A stretch of DNA of 64,000 bases from an uncultured Acidobacteriota bacterium (GTDB lineage Bacteria > Acidobacteriota > Thermoanaerobaculia > Gp7-AA8), in the NCBI GenBank assembly GCA_963741955.1, contig CAVUKB010000001.1:128001-192000 (forward strand). Direction: 5' to 3'. This document shows, piece by piece, positions 52,736 through 61,920 of the stretch (its first letter is position 1; every line of letters starts with the position of its first letter). The translations under genes and the position numbers were made by a program. Below the pieces are notes generated by a model. That model was not told the DNA's origin, searched no databases, and saw only the letters and a program-made list of their open reading frames with translations.

Positions 52736-53215
52736 ATGGATCGATTGATCGAGTGGGACCGGATCGAAGTGCGCCTCCGCGGGGAGAAGCTCGCCGCTGC
52801 GGCGGGGGAGATCATCCGGGGAAAGCGGATACCGATCCGGCAGCTGACTCTGCAGTTTCTCGCAGGAGAGCTGAAAATCGAAGGAACCGCGCAGAAAGGG
52901 ATTCCGATCCCGTTCCGCCTCTCCATCCGGAGGATCGAAGCGCTGGATGGAACGTTGCGAGTGCCTCTCGAATCGATGTCCGCGTTCGGATTCCTCCCGG
53001 TCCCGAAATTGCTGCTTCAGATCGTCGACGCCGCCGGTCTGATGAAGGGCGGCATCTCCATCGATCCTCGGGAGAGTACGATCGTCATCCGTCTTGCCGA
53101 GATCGTTCCCGGATTCGTGGACGTCGAGATCGAAAAGATCCGTCTGGTGGACGGCGGAGTCGAGGTGAAGCTGGGGCGCGGCGGCGCAGATCTTCCGGAG
53201 GGATTCCATGGCTGA
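52736..53215 (+). CDS. Hypothetical protein
   Basis: Protein-like amphipathic composition; overlaps the start of the downstream gene. Confidence 0.7.
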   Translation: MDRLIEWDRIEVRLRGEKLAAAAGEIIRGKRIPIRQLTLQFLAGELKIEGTAQKGIPIPFRLSIRRIEALDGTLRVPLESMSAFGFLPVPKLLLQIVDAAGLMKGGISIDPRESTIVIRLAEIVPGFVDVEIEKIRLVDGGVEVKLGRGGADLPEGFHG

Positions 53216-53783
53216 AGACGAGAAGAATGGAGCGGGACCCGTGCCGCCCGGCGAGCCGGAGATCGATCCGTTCGCCACCGAAGAAACGGACGAAGAGATC
53301 GACCAGGAGATCGAGCGTGAGGCGGAGGCGTTCGTTCCCCTTCCGCAGGAGCACGCCGCGCGCGTCTACGACCGCATCCGGCGTTCGATCGTCCGCTATC
53401 TCGAAAAGCGCGGGAAGAAGGCGGGGAAAGCGGGAGAGTTTCTCCTCCTCGCACCGGACGTCTTCGTTCTCCTCTGGCGCCTCACACGGGACCGCCGCGT
53501 GAGCGCGAAGAACAAGGTCCTCCTCGGGACGGCGATCGCGTACTACGTCTCGCCGTTCGACATCATCCCCGAAGCGATCGTCGGCCCGATTGGCTACATC
53601 GACGATCTGCTGGTCGGCGTCTACGTGTTGAACCGGATCCTCGCGGACACGGACGAAGAAGTGGTGCGCCAGCATTGGAGCGGGCGAGGGGATCTGCTGG
53701 AGATGATCCGCAGCGTTCTCGGCTCCGCCGACGAGCTGGTTCCGAGCGGCGTGGTGAAGGCGATCCGCAAGATCGTGAAGTGA
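53208..53783 (+). CDS. YkvA/DUF1232 family protein
   Basis: AIAYYVSPFDIIPE..GPIGYIDD, HWSG. Confidence 0.92.
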   Translation: MAEDEKNGAGPVPPGEPEIDPFATEETDEEIDQEIEREAEAFVPLPQEHAARVYDRIRRSIVRYLEKRGKKAGKAGEFLLLAPDVFVLLWRLTRDRRVSAKNKVLLGTAIAYYVSPFDIIPEAIVGPIGYIDDLLVGVYVLNRILADTDEEVVRQHWSGRGDLLEMIRSVLGSADELVPSGVVKAIRKIVK

Positions 53784-53788
53784 GACTT

Positions 53789-54926
53789 CTCGGGAGCGAA
53801 CCGGATTGTGGGGGTGCAGATCCTCCGATCTGCGGCGGAAATCGTGTTCGAGCGCAATGGGACGGCGGCGTCGGCCGAGGCGAAGCCGCTTTCGTGACAA
53901 CCGCGATTCACACCGACGCTCCGCGCAGAGCCGGACTCTCCGTCTTCGTCGGCTTCGACACGATGATCACGGCGGATCAGAGGATCCGCGCCCCCTCGGG
54001 AGTGATGCGCTTTGTGGGGTGCAGATCCTCCGATCTGCGGCGGGAATCGCGTTCGAGCGCAATGAGACGGCGGCGTCGGCCGAGGCGAAGCCGCTTTCGG
54101 GACAATCGCGATTCACACCGACGCTCCGCGCAGAGCCGGACTCTCCGTCTTCGTCGGCTTCGACACGATGATCACGGCGGATCAGAGGATCCGCGCCCCT
54201 CGGGAGCGAACCGGATTGTGGGGGTGCAGATCCTCCGATCTGCGGCGGGAATCGCGTTCGAGCGCAATGGGACCGCGGCGTCGGCCGAGGCGAAGCCGCT
54301 TTCGTGACAACCGCGATTCACACCGACGCTCCGCGCAGAGCCGGACTCTCCGTCTTCGTCGGCTTCGACACGATGATCACGGCGGATCAGAGGATCCGCG
54401 CCCCCTCGGGAGCGAAGCGGATTGTGGGGTGCAGATCCTCCGATCTGCGGCGGAAATCGCGTTCGAGCGCAATGGGACCGCGGCGTCGGCCGAGGCGAAG
54501 CCGCTTTCGGGACAATCGCGATTCACACTGACGCTCCGCGCAGAGCCGGATTCTCCGTCTTCGTCGGCTTCGACACGATGATCACGGCGGATCAGAGGAT
54601 CCGCGCCCCCTCGGGAGCGAACCGCTTTGTGGGGTGCAGATCCTCCGATCTGCGGCGAGAATCGCGTTCGAGCGCAATGAGACGACGCCGTCGGCCGAGG
54701 CGCAGCCGCTCTCCTGACAATCGCGATTCACACCGACGCTCCGCGCAGAGCCGGACTCTCCGTCTTCGCCGGCTTCGACACGATGATCACGGCGGATCAG
54801 AGGATCCGCGCCCCCTCGGGAGCGAAGCGGATTGTGGGGTGCAGATCCTCCGATCTGCGGCGGAAATCGTGTTCGAGCGCAATGGGACGACGGCGTCGGC
54901 CGAGGCGAAGCCGCTTTCGTGACAAC
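53789..54926 (+). repeat. Tandem REP-doublet array B2: 5 full plus 1 partial 205-bp units, same family as B1
   Basis: Anchor at 53816, 54021, 54226, 54431, 54636, 54841. Confidence 0.96.
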
Positions 54927-54946
54927 CGGCGCCCGCGCGCTGCCCT

Positions 54947-55345
54947 TCACCCCGCCACGAGCGGCGCGAGCTTGCGGAACGTCACGCTCGAGTCGGTGCT
55001 GATGCTGGTCCATTCGTCGGGATCGAGGATCGGGTGATCGTCCACCGCGATGACCAGGAGTCTTTCCCGGAACGCGTCGAGCGCGAATCGCACCTGAGCC
55101 GCCGCGTCGATCTCGCGGGAATCGTGCATTCGGAACGAGTCACCACTCTCGGTGGCCGTCGCCGGCTGAACGAGTCCCTTGAAGATTCCGGAGCAGTTGC
55201 GGTTGTACTCCTCGACCTCCTGCGCGATCCGATGTTCGATCAGATCCGCCGCGGTGACGCGGTCGCTGATCAGCCGGAGCTTCGTCCGCTCCACTCGATG
55301 ACCGCTCTGCGTCTCGTCCCAGACGGAGACGGTGACGGCGCCCAT
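54947..55345 (-). CDS. Conserved hypothetical protein, possible beta-grasp/ubiquitin-like fold
   Basis: DLIEHRIAQEVEEYN, GLVQP, C-terminus VTFRKLAPLVAG; GAGG RBS. Confidence 0.72.
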   Translation of the reverse strand: MGAVTVSVWDETQSGHRVERTKLRLISDRVTAADLIEHRIAQEVEEYNRNCSGIFKGLVQPATATESGDSFRMHDSREIDAAAQVRFALDAFRERLLVIAVDDHPILDPDEWTSISTDSSVTFRKLAPLVAG

Positions 55346-55539
55346 GGAATCCCTCCTCGATCGGCGATTGAATGTCCCGTGAATAATCCGCGTCAATCAT
55401 GTCACAGATGCGGCCTTCCCGGTCAGGGGGCCACAGCCGGAGCGGACCGCCTCGTCGTCACCACAGTATGACGATGCTCTTGTCTTTTCGTCGTTCCGGC
55501 CACAGAGTGAACGCACACAGATCAAAAGGAGGGCTCACG

Positions 55540-56895
55540 ATGCGAGGCACGTCGCGCATTCATACCCTGGTCGCTCTGGTGGTGTTCCTGCTGACTCCGG
55601 TCGTTCTTCTCGCCGGCACCGCTCCCGGCGACGCTAGCGGTACGGTGGTGGTGAACGGCAAGAGCATCTCGATGAAGTTCGCGTGCGGGAAACGCACGGT
55701 CGAGGACGGCGAGAAGACCACGTCGATCATCCTCACCGATCGTCCTGCGTCGCGTGCGCTCCTCGGCGACTCCAACCGCTTCTACCGCGCGGTGAAAGAG
55801 GGAAAGCTCCAGGCGATGGTCATCGACCTCGCCGCGGACGGCACCGTGAAGCAGGTGAGTCTCTACTCGAAACTGTTCCAGAACGATTCGATGCCGGTCG
55901 GAGCGTCACGGACGTCGTATCAGCCGTCGACGGTCTCCCCCGGGCTGATCACGGCGAAGGCGAGATCGACCGAGGAGCAGACCTTCTTCGACGACACTGC
56001 GACGTTCGACGTCGTCTTCTCCGCCCCCATCGGTGACGGGAAATTTGCCGACAGCCCCTCTGCGGTGGCACAGCTCGCCGCGAGCGCGCCGAAGATCGGA
56101 GAGGGCGGAGCGGCCGGAACGCTCACGTTCGACGGGAAGGTGGCGAAGCTCGGCTACGCCCTCGCGACCACCCAGCCGGATCCGTTCGACAAGAGCAAAA
56201 AGGACGTGGTGGTGTATCTGACCGATCGTCCGATGGAGAAGGAAGCGGTTCTCAGCTTCCGCAAGATGGCCAATGCGATCGAGAGCGGCCTGCAGGGGAT
56301 GGTGGTCACCATCGACGAGAGCGAGACGCCGACCCATCTCGAGCTCCTCCGCAGCCCCTCGATCCAGGTCAGCGGATCGGGGATCTTCAGCTTCGATCCG
56401 CTGCAGTTCGACGCGAGACAGGTCGAGGGACGCTTCTACACCACCGGGACGGAAGAGTTCATGGACCACAAGTACGCGTACGACGTCACGTTCCGGGTCC
56501 CGGTGCAGACGGTCGTCGACCCTCAGAAACCGGAGGTCGACGCGTCGAGCGGCAAGAAGCTTCCGTCCGGAGGCGGCGAACCGGGAAAGGCTTACCTCGC
56601 GCTCGACAAAGCGATCCGCGGCGGCGATCTCAAAGGAGTTCTGAAACTCGCCGCAAAAGGAGTCGATTCGCCGCTCAATGCCTCGCCGGAAGAGCAGAAG
56701 CAGATGATGGAAATGCTGAAGATGATCCATCCGACGAACGTGAAGATCGTGGATGGATTTTCCGACGGCACACACGCGACGCTGCACGTGGTCGGCGACG
56801 ACCCGATGGAAGAGGGAAAGAAGGCGAAGGGAACCATCCATCTCGTCCTCGAGGACGGCGGGTGGAAGATCGCCGGCCAGGAGTGGAGCAACTGA
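55540..56895 (+). CDS. Secreted hypothetical protein with an internal domain duplication
   Basis: Signal peptide; two repeats (ASGTVVVNGK..ILTDRP..FDVVFSAPI and AAGTLTFDGK..YLTDRP..YDVTFRVPV); C-terminal LVLEDGGWKI domain. Confidence 0.85.
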   Translation: MRGTSRIHTLVALVVFLLTPVVLLAGTAPGDASGTVVVNGKSISMKFACGKRTVEDGEKTTSIILTDRPASRALLGDSNRFYRAVKEGKLQAMVIDLAADGTVKQVSLYSKLFQNDSMPVGASRTSYQPSTVSPGLITAKARSTEEQTFFDDTATFDVVFSAPIGDGKFADSPSAVAQLAASAPKIGEGGAAGTLTFDGKVAKLGYALATTQPDPFDKSKKDVVVYLTDRPMEKEAVLSFRKMANAIESGLQGMVVTIDESETPTHLELLRSPSIQVSGSGIFSFDPLQFDARQVEGRFYTTGTEEFMDHKYAYDVTFRVPVQTVVDPQKPEVDASSGKKLPSGGGEPGKAYLALDKAIRGGDLKGVLKLAAKGVDSPLNASPEEQKQMMEMLKMIHPTNVKIVDGFSDGTHATLHVVGDDPMEEGKKAKGTIHLVLEDGGWKIAGQEWSN

Positions 56896-56934
56896 CGGGG
56901 ATCGCGGAGATGTGGGTCGTGCGTCCCGCACGAG

Positions 56935-56959
56935 GCTCCCCGGCATGCTGCCGGGGAGC
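56935..56959. terminator. GC-rich hairpin between convergent genes
   Basis: GCTCCCCGGCA-TGC-TGCCGGGGAGC; no U-tract. Confidence 0.4.
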
Positions 56960-57064
56960 GATGGTCTCACGCCTCTGTGAAAACCCTCGCTCCGAGGGCT
57001 GCGCGCTTAGAGCGTGCGCCCTCGTGCAGTCGCGACGATCGTGCGCGTTCGACGCCTCCCCCTC

Positions 57065-58027
57065 TCACGCCTCGCGCCGAGCGAAGTACGATCGCGTACT
57101 GAAGATCACGGCGAGGAGGATTCCCCAGCTCACTGCGATCATGATGTAGAAGAACGGCGATCGGTACAGGCCGGCGACACGTTCGACGTTCGGCACCACC
57201 ATCCCCATCGCTTCGTACATGCGCGCCATGTCGACCGTCGGAAGGACGGCGACCGTATAGAGGATGAAGAGCGCCGAGATTCCGATCGTCCCCCACCACG
57301 CGAACCGCCTTCCGGTGAAATACCCCCAGGCGAGAGCGAGCATTACGGCGCCGATCGCGGCGTATATGGCCACTGCCGCAGGCCCGGTGAGGAAGCGGTC
57401 TCCGCCGAGTGCGATGACCCCGTAGAAACCGGCGAAGAAGATCCCCACACCGGTGGTTGCGAGCCAGAGGGCCGCGCCGAGTACCGTCAGTGGATAAGGG
57501 TCCGTCCACCGCGGCTGCGGGTCGAGAGACTCGAACGTCGCGCGGACGTTCGCACCTTTGTAGAGGAGGAAGAGGACGAGCGGAAGGACGATGCCGAAGA
57601 GCGCCATGACCACGCCCATGCAGCCGAAGACCACCAGACCGACTTGTGGCTGACCACTCGTTCCGAGTGTGTCGCGCATCAGAGGCCATTGGGCCCCCAT
57701 CATGATCAGCGTCATGATGCCTGCGAGAAACCAGATTGCGGAGAGCACCAGCGTCAGTGGGCGCGCCCAGCGGCGGACGCGGAGCGATCCGACGCCGAGG
57801 GTCACCAGGAGCGCACCGATGATGAAATAGAACGAGAAGGAAATAGCCATGGTGGAGCGCGGCATCATCGCCGCTGCATTGGGGGCCCCGCTCTGCGCCG
57901 CAAGCGGTCCGGCGACGTTGAACGCGAAGATCATGAACGCGCCCATCAGAGCGGCGAGCGCGCCGAGAATCAGCTGCACCACCCCGACCAGAATGAGCGT
58001 CCCTCGACGAGTGCCGTATTCGGACAT
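57065..58027 (-). CDS. Hypothetical polytopic membrane protein
   Basis: About eight TM segments, RRWARPL motif, AGGAG RBS. Confidence 0.85.
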   Translation of the reverse strand: MSEYGTRRGTLILVGVVQLILGALAALMGAFMIFAFNVAGPLAAQSGAPNAAAMMPRSTMAISFSFYFIIGALLVTLGVGSLRVRRWARPLTLVLSAIWFLAGIMTLIMMGAQWPLMRDTLGTSGQPQVGLVVFGCMGVVMALFGIVLPLVLFLLYKGANVRATFESLDPQPRWTDPYPLTVLGAALWLATTGVGIFFAGFYGVIALGGDRFLTGPAAVAIYAAIGAVMLALAWGYFTGRRFAWWGTIGISALFILYTVAVLPTVDMARMYEAMGMVVPNVERVAGLYRSPFFYIMIAVSWGILLAVIFSTRSYFARREA

Positions 58028-58553
58028 GATGTTCTCCTGTATGCGAGAGTCTGTGGAACGATCATACCGCGTTCCATGTCGTCCGGAGCCTGGGCGGCCG
58101 TGCGGGAGGCGCGAGGGATTCCGCCAGCTACGAACAATGTCGCTGAATCCCCGCGCCCGCGACGACTCGGGGTCGCGAGATCCGATTCCGACGAATCACT
58201 CTCGGAAAAATTGGGGCTTCCGAGCTCCGTGAATGTTTCACGCCGCAACGAGAGAACCGACAAGATCCGCTTGAGAATGAAAGAAGATTTCGATCTCTCG
58301 AGTGAGTTGTTCGCCGCGTTCTCGAGGAGGCGATGAAGAAACGCGCCGCCATGCCGTTGCTCCGGTACACGCCGTTCCGAGCCGTCGGACATGGACGACG
58401 GGTCCGACAGGTCCGACGATTCCCCCACGCTCCCTGACCGAACCTGACATCCCACGGCGCTACGCTGCGGGATTATGAGCATTGGGGGGTGCAGCGCGGC
58501 GCGCTCCGCGATACGATGGGTGCGGCGACCCCGAATGGTCCGGGAGGTCTTTC

Positions 58554-59573
58554 GTGACTGTGACACGACTCGAATCCGAGATCGACGCGCTTCTCGCGAG
58601 ACCACCACGCAATCGCACGGCGCTGTGGCAGCTTCTCCCACGGGACCCTTCTCCTCTGATCAATGCGATGATCCGTCGCCTCCTCGACGTGCGCTCCAGC
58701 GCCGACGAGCGTCGACGGCTCGGGCAGTTCGTCTGTTGGGCCGGTCCTTCGAACGAGAGCATCGAGCTGCTCACGCGCGTGCTGACCGATTCCGCGGAAA
58801 CCCCTCACGCCCGTGGCTCCGCGTTTCTCCTCCTCCAGGAGATGGCCGGTGACATCCTGCCGTTCGAGATGATGGAGAGGATTTCCCACACCGTCAGGAC
58901 CGCCGTGCTCGAGGCGGCGCAGCGGGAGAACTGCGAGCTCGCGCAGGCCGAGGCGCGCCGCGCGAAGGGATCTCCGAGAAGGAAGCGAAAGCGCCCGGCA
59001 GGCTCCGGACCGGCCGCGCTGCTCACCCTGAAAGTCACGCTCGCCGGTTTTCGTCCTCCGGTGTGGAGGCGCCTCGAGGTGCGGGAGGATCTGACCTTCG
59101 CAGAGTTTCACTCGGTCCTGCAGACGGCGTTCGGGTGGACCAACAGTCATCTGCACGAGTTCGAGGTAGGGAAGGAACGGATCGCCCCACCTGACGACGA
59201 GGACGAATTGCCGGCGAGGGATTCCGCCGAGGTGCGGCTGCGCAGCGTCTTCCGCGGACGGACGCGCCGGATCCGGTACGTCTACGATTTCGGTGACGAG
59301 TGGGTGCACACGATCGAGCTCGAGAAGTCGGAGCGGCTCGCGCCGGACGAGCGTCCGCCGGTGCGGTGCACTGCCGGGCGGCGCGCCACGCCTCCGGAAG
59401 ACTCCGGCGGCCCGTGGGGGTATGCGGAGCTGCTGAAGGCGATCTCCGACCCGAAGCATCCGGACCACACGGACATGCTCTGGTGGGCCGGGGAGATCGA
59501 CCCGGAGGCGTTCGACCGGGAGGGGCTCAACGGGCGGCTCCAGCGGCTCAGTGACTTGTTCCGGTTCCACTGA
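58554..59573 (+). CDS. Plasmid pRiA4b ORF-3 family protein with an N-terminal extension
   Basis: LKVTL..PPVWRR, LQTAFGWTNSHLHEF, YVYDFGDEWVH, PPEDSGGPWGY, DPEAFD. Confidence 0.9.
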   Translation: MTVTRLESEIDALLARPPRNRTALWQLLPRDPSPLINAMIRRLLDVRSSADERRRLGQFVCWAGPSNESIELLTRVLTDSAETPHARGSAFLLLQEMAGDILPFEMMERISHTVRTAVLEAAQRENCELAQAEARRAKGSPRRKRKRPAGSGPAALLTLKVTLAGFRPPVWRRLEVREDLTFAEFHSVLQTAFGWTNSHLHEFEVGKERIAPPDDEDELPARDSAEVRLRSVFRGRTRRIRYVYDFGDEWVHTIELEKSERLAPDERPPVRCTAGRRATPPEDSGGPWGYAELLKAISDPKHPDHTDMLWWAGEIDPEAFDREGLNGRLQRLSDLFRFH

Positions 59574-59654
59574 CAGGATCTGACAGGGCCACGGCATACC
59601 GTGTGCGGATCGCGACGCCGGAGAGGCTGGCGGCGCTCGAAAGGAGATCCGCAC

Positions 59655-60059
59655 ATGAAGATTCGACCGCTCACGTTACCGCTCCTCGCCCTTCTCACTC
59701 TGAACTGCGGCAGCATCGTCCATCAGACCACGCAGCAGGTCCGGATCGACTCGGACCCCGCGGGGGCCGCGATCACCGTCTCGTGTGGTGATGCGGTCAA
59801 CGACCCGAAGCTCGTCACCCCGGCGGTCGTCACACTGCATCGAAAACCGGCGCATTGCGGGGTGAAACTGTCGAAGGAAGCCTACCGCGACAAGGAGATG
59901 CTCTTCACGAAGTCTCTTTCCCCGACGTACCTCGGCAATGTCGTCTTCGGCGGCGTGATCGGACTCATCGTCGATGCCGCGAACGGCGCGATGTGGAACC
60001 GCGTCCCCGGGAGGGACGTGAAGGTCACACTGGAGAAGAACACCGCGGAAGAGGAGTGA
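59655..60059 (+). CDS. Small lipoprotein (PEGA-like)
   Basis: LTLNCGSI lipobox, SDPAGA, GNVVFGGVIGLIVDAANGA; AAGGAG RBS. Confidence 0.85.
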   Translation: MKIRPLTLPLLALLTLNCGSIVHQTTQQVRIDSDPAGAAITVSCGDAVNDPKLVTPAVVTLHRKPAHCGVKLSKEAYRDKEMLFTKSLSPTYLGNVVFGGVIGLIVDAANGAMWNRVPGRDVKVTLEKNTAEEE

Positions 60060-60270
60060 TGGGAGCGACCACCACGGAAAGTGGTGGTCGTGAGGGGAGG
60101 GGGTGTGCGAACCGACTCTCGAGGGTGGGCGGACCTTTGACGGTGCGGTCGCCGCCCTCTCCCCTGACGATTCGAGGTCGCGCCGCTTCATACGGCGATG
60201 CAAAGTTCTTCGAGCGGGTTGCGCTTCGTGGGGACCACGCGAGCTGCTTCGGCGTCGGATCCGACTTTCG

Positions 60271-60950
60271 GGGTTGCCCCTCACCCTTCCCTCTCCCCGA
60301 ATGTCGTTCCTCGGCTGAAGACATGACCCCGGACGGGGAGAGGGTGCGTCCCGCCGAGCGGCGCGGTCATCGCGTTGGCGGCTCGGCGAAGGCCGGCCTG
60401 GATTGCACGATCTTCGGATTCGGCTCTCGGGGTCGCCCCTCACCCTTCCCTCTCCCCGAATGTCGTTCCTCGGCTGAAGACATGACCCCGGACGGGGAGA
60501 GGGGAGGCCGCGCGAGTGGGAGAGGGTGATGCTTCGTGGGGAACGGGGCTCAAAGTTCCGGACTGGGGATGGTTCGGGGTCCATCGCCTCAATCCCGCCC
60601 GGCGTACGTATGTTCCGCTCGACTCTGCGGTCGCGTTCGTCGCTCCCATCGGCGAAGGCCGGCCTGGATTGCACGATCTTCGGATTCGGCTCTCGGGGTC
60701 GCCCCCTCACCCTCCCCTCTCCCCGAATGTCGTTCCTCGGCTGAAGACATGACCCCGGACGGGGAGAGGGGAGGCCGCGCGAGTGGGAGAGGGTGATGCT
60801 TCGTGGGGACGGGGCTCAAAGTTCCGGACTGGGGATGGTTCGGGGTCCATCGCTTCGATCGTGCCAGGCGTACGTATATTGCCGCTCGACTCTGCGGTCG
60901 CGTCCGTCGCTCCCATCGGCGAAGGCCGGCCTGGATTGCACGATCTTAGG
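60271..60950 (+). repeat. Repeat family E array: three CCCTCACCC..CCTCTCCC...GGGGAGAGGG hairpins inside ~266-bp tandem units
   Basis: Hairpin copies at 60277, 60436, 60702; anchor TCGGCGAAGGCCGGCCTGGATTGCACGATCTT at 60383, 60649, 60916. Confidence 0.92.
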
Positions 60951-61002
60951 TGTGAGCGCGCGTTTCGTTTGGCAAAATTTTGCGTTTCGTTTGGCAAAAA
61001 AT
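60951..61002. mobile_element. Putative Mu/Tn7-type transposable element end
   Basis: TGTGAGCG terminus followed by two contiguous 22-bp repeats with the identical 18-bp core GCGTTTCGTTTGGCAAAA; truncates the family E unit. Confidence 0.6.
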
Positions 61003-61168
61003 ACTATTGTTGAATTTCGCCCGTCGGGGGAGGCGCGGCGCTGATGCGAATAACAGCGTTCCCGGCCAGCGAGCTGGCCCGGCGGCATGGCCGCCCAGCC
61101 GAGGGCGGTTCCAATATTCACCATGGCCGATGAGCTCCGCCGCTCACCTGGGTCGAGGCGATGCGCCC

Positions 61169-61402
61169 CTACAAGATAACGACCCGAAGCTGCTGGGCGG
61201 GGATGCCGGAGAGTGAGGAAATGCGGTCCGAGGCGGCGGCGACGAGAGCGGATCGGATTTGGCCGACGGTGTCGATCGCGACGGAGAGAGTCAGATGCGC
61301 GTGGAGGCCGGCGTCGCTCGTGGCGGCGGTCATTCGGACGGTCACGGTCTCGCCCGCGGACGCGAACGCGACGTCCTGGATGACGCAGATCGCCGTCGTC
61401 AT
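61169..61402 (-). CDS. Small hypothetical phage protein
   Basis: MTTAICVIQDVAF...; ATGA-coupled to the upstream stop. Confidence 0.6.
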   Translation of the reverse strand: MTTAICVIQDVAFASAGETVTVRMTAATSDAGLHAHLTLSVAIDTVGQIRSALVAAASDRISSLSGIPAQQLRVVIL

Positions 61403-61920
61403 CGGCCGGCTCCGTGGAGGCACTGGATTGCGGTGATCCGATATTCGGGGCCCGGCCCGGATCCGGAGGCGGGATCGCAGCAGATGAACGACCCCACCCC
61501 GAGCGCCGTCGTCAGAATGTTGCCCGCGAGGGCTCCGTCGTAGATGACCGTGCCATTGGACGAGGAAAACCGAATGTACCAGGTCGATCCGCTCTGGTAT
61601 GTTTCGATCCGGACCTTCGCCGCCTTCGTGCCCGCAATTACACCCTCGCTCAAACAGGCGAGCCCATCCAGCCCGGTGTCGACGACCGTCGCCAGTCCAC
61701 CGGCCGTCTCGCGCTTCACAAATTGCAAGTGATCACCGGAGGCGACATCGTCCGTGCCCTTGTAGTTGTACGCGAGGCGAACGAATGCACCGACTCCGGT
61801 CGAGTAGATCGCGTCTTCGATGTTTCCGGTGCCGTCGAAGAGCCCCACGATGACGAGCGTGCCCGCGGGACGGAAATACCCGTTGTTACCTAGGCTCGAT
61901 GTCGAGAGCGTGAGTAACAT
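61399..61920 (-). CDS. Hypothetical beta-rich phage protein (or frameshifted tail C-terminus)
   Basis: Gly/Thr/Ser-rich 173 aa; overlaps the tail gene end; AGGGG RBS. Confidence 0.65.
   Translation of the reverse strand: MLLTLSTSSLGNNGYFRPAGTLVIVGLFDGTGNIEDAIYSTGVGAFVRLAYNYKGTDDVASGDHLQFVKRETAGGLATVVDTGLDGLACLSEGVIAGTKAAKVRIETYQSGSTWYIRFSSSNGTVIYDGALAGNILTTALGVGSFICCDPASGSGPGPEYRITAIQCLHGAGR

Noticed and set aside
58076-58336. Short ORF with an HTH-like stretch (SLSEKLGLPSSVNVSRR), possibly a transposase C-terminal remnant
   Set aside because: Resemblance too weak to support without an HMM search
61020-61125. tRNA or attachment site at the prophage edge
   Set aside because: Only small GC hairpins; no cloverleaf or T-arm with a matching acceptor stem
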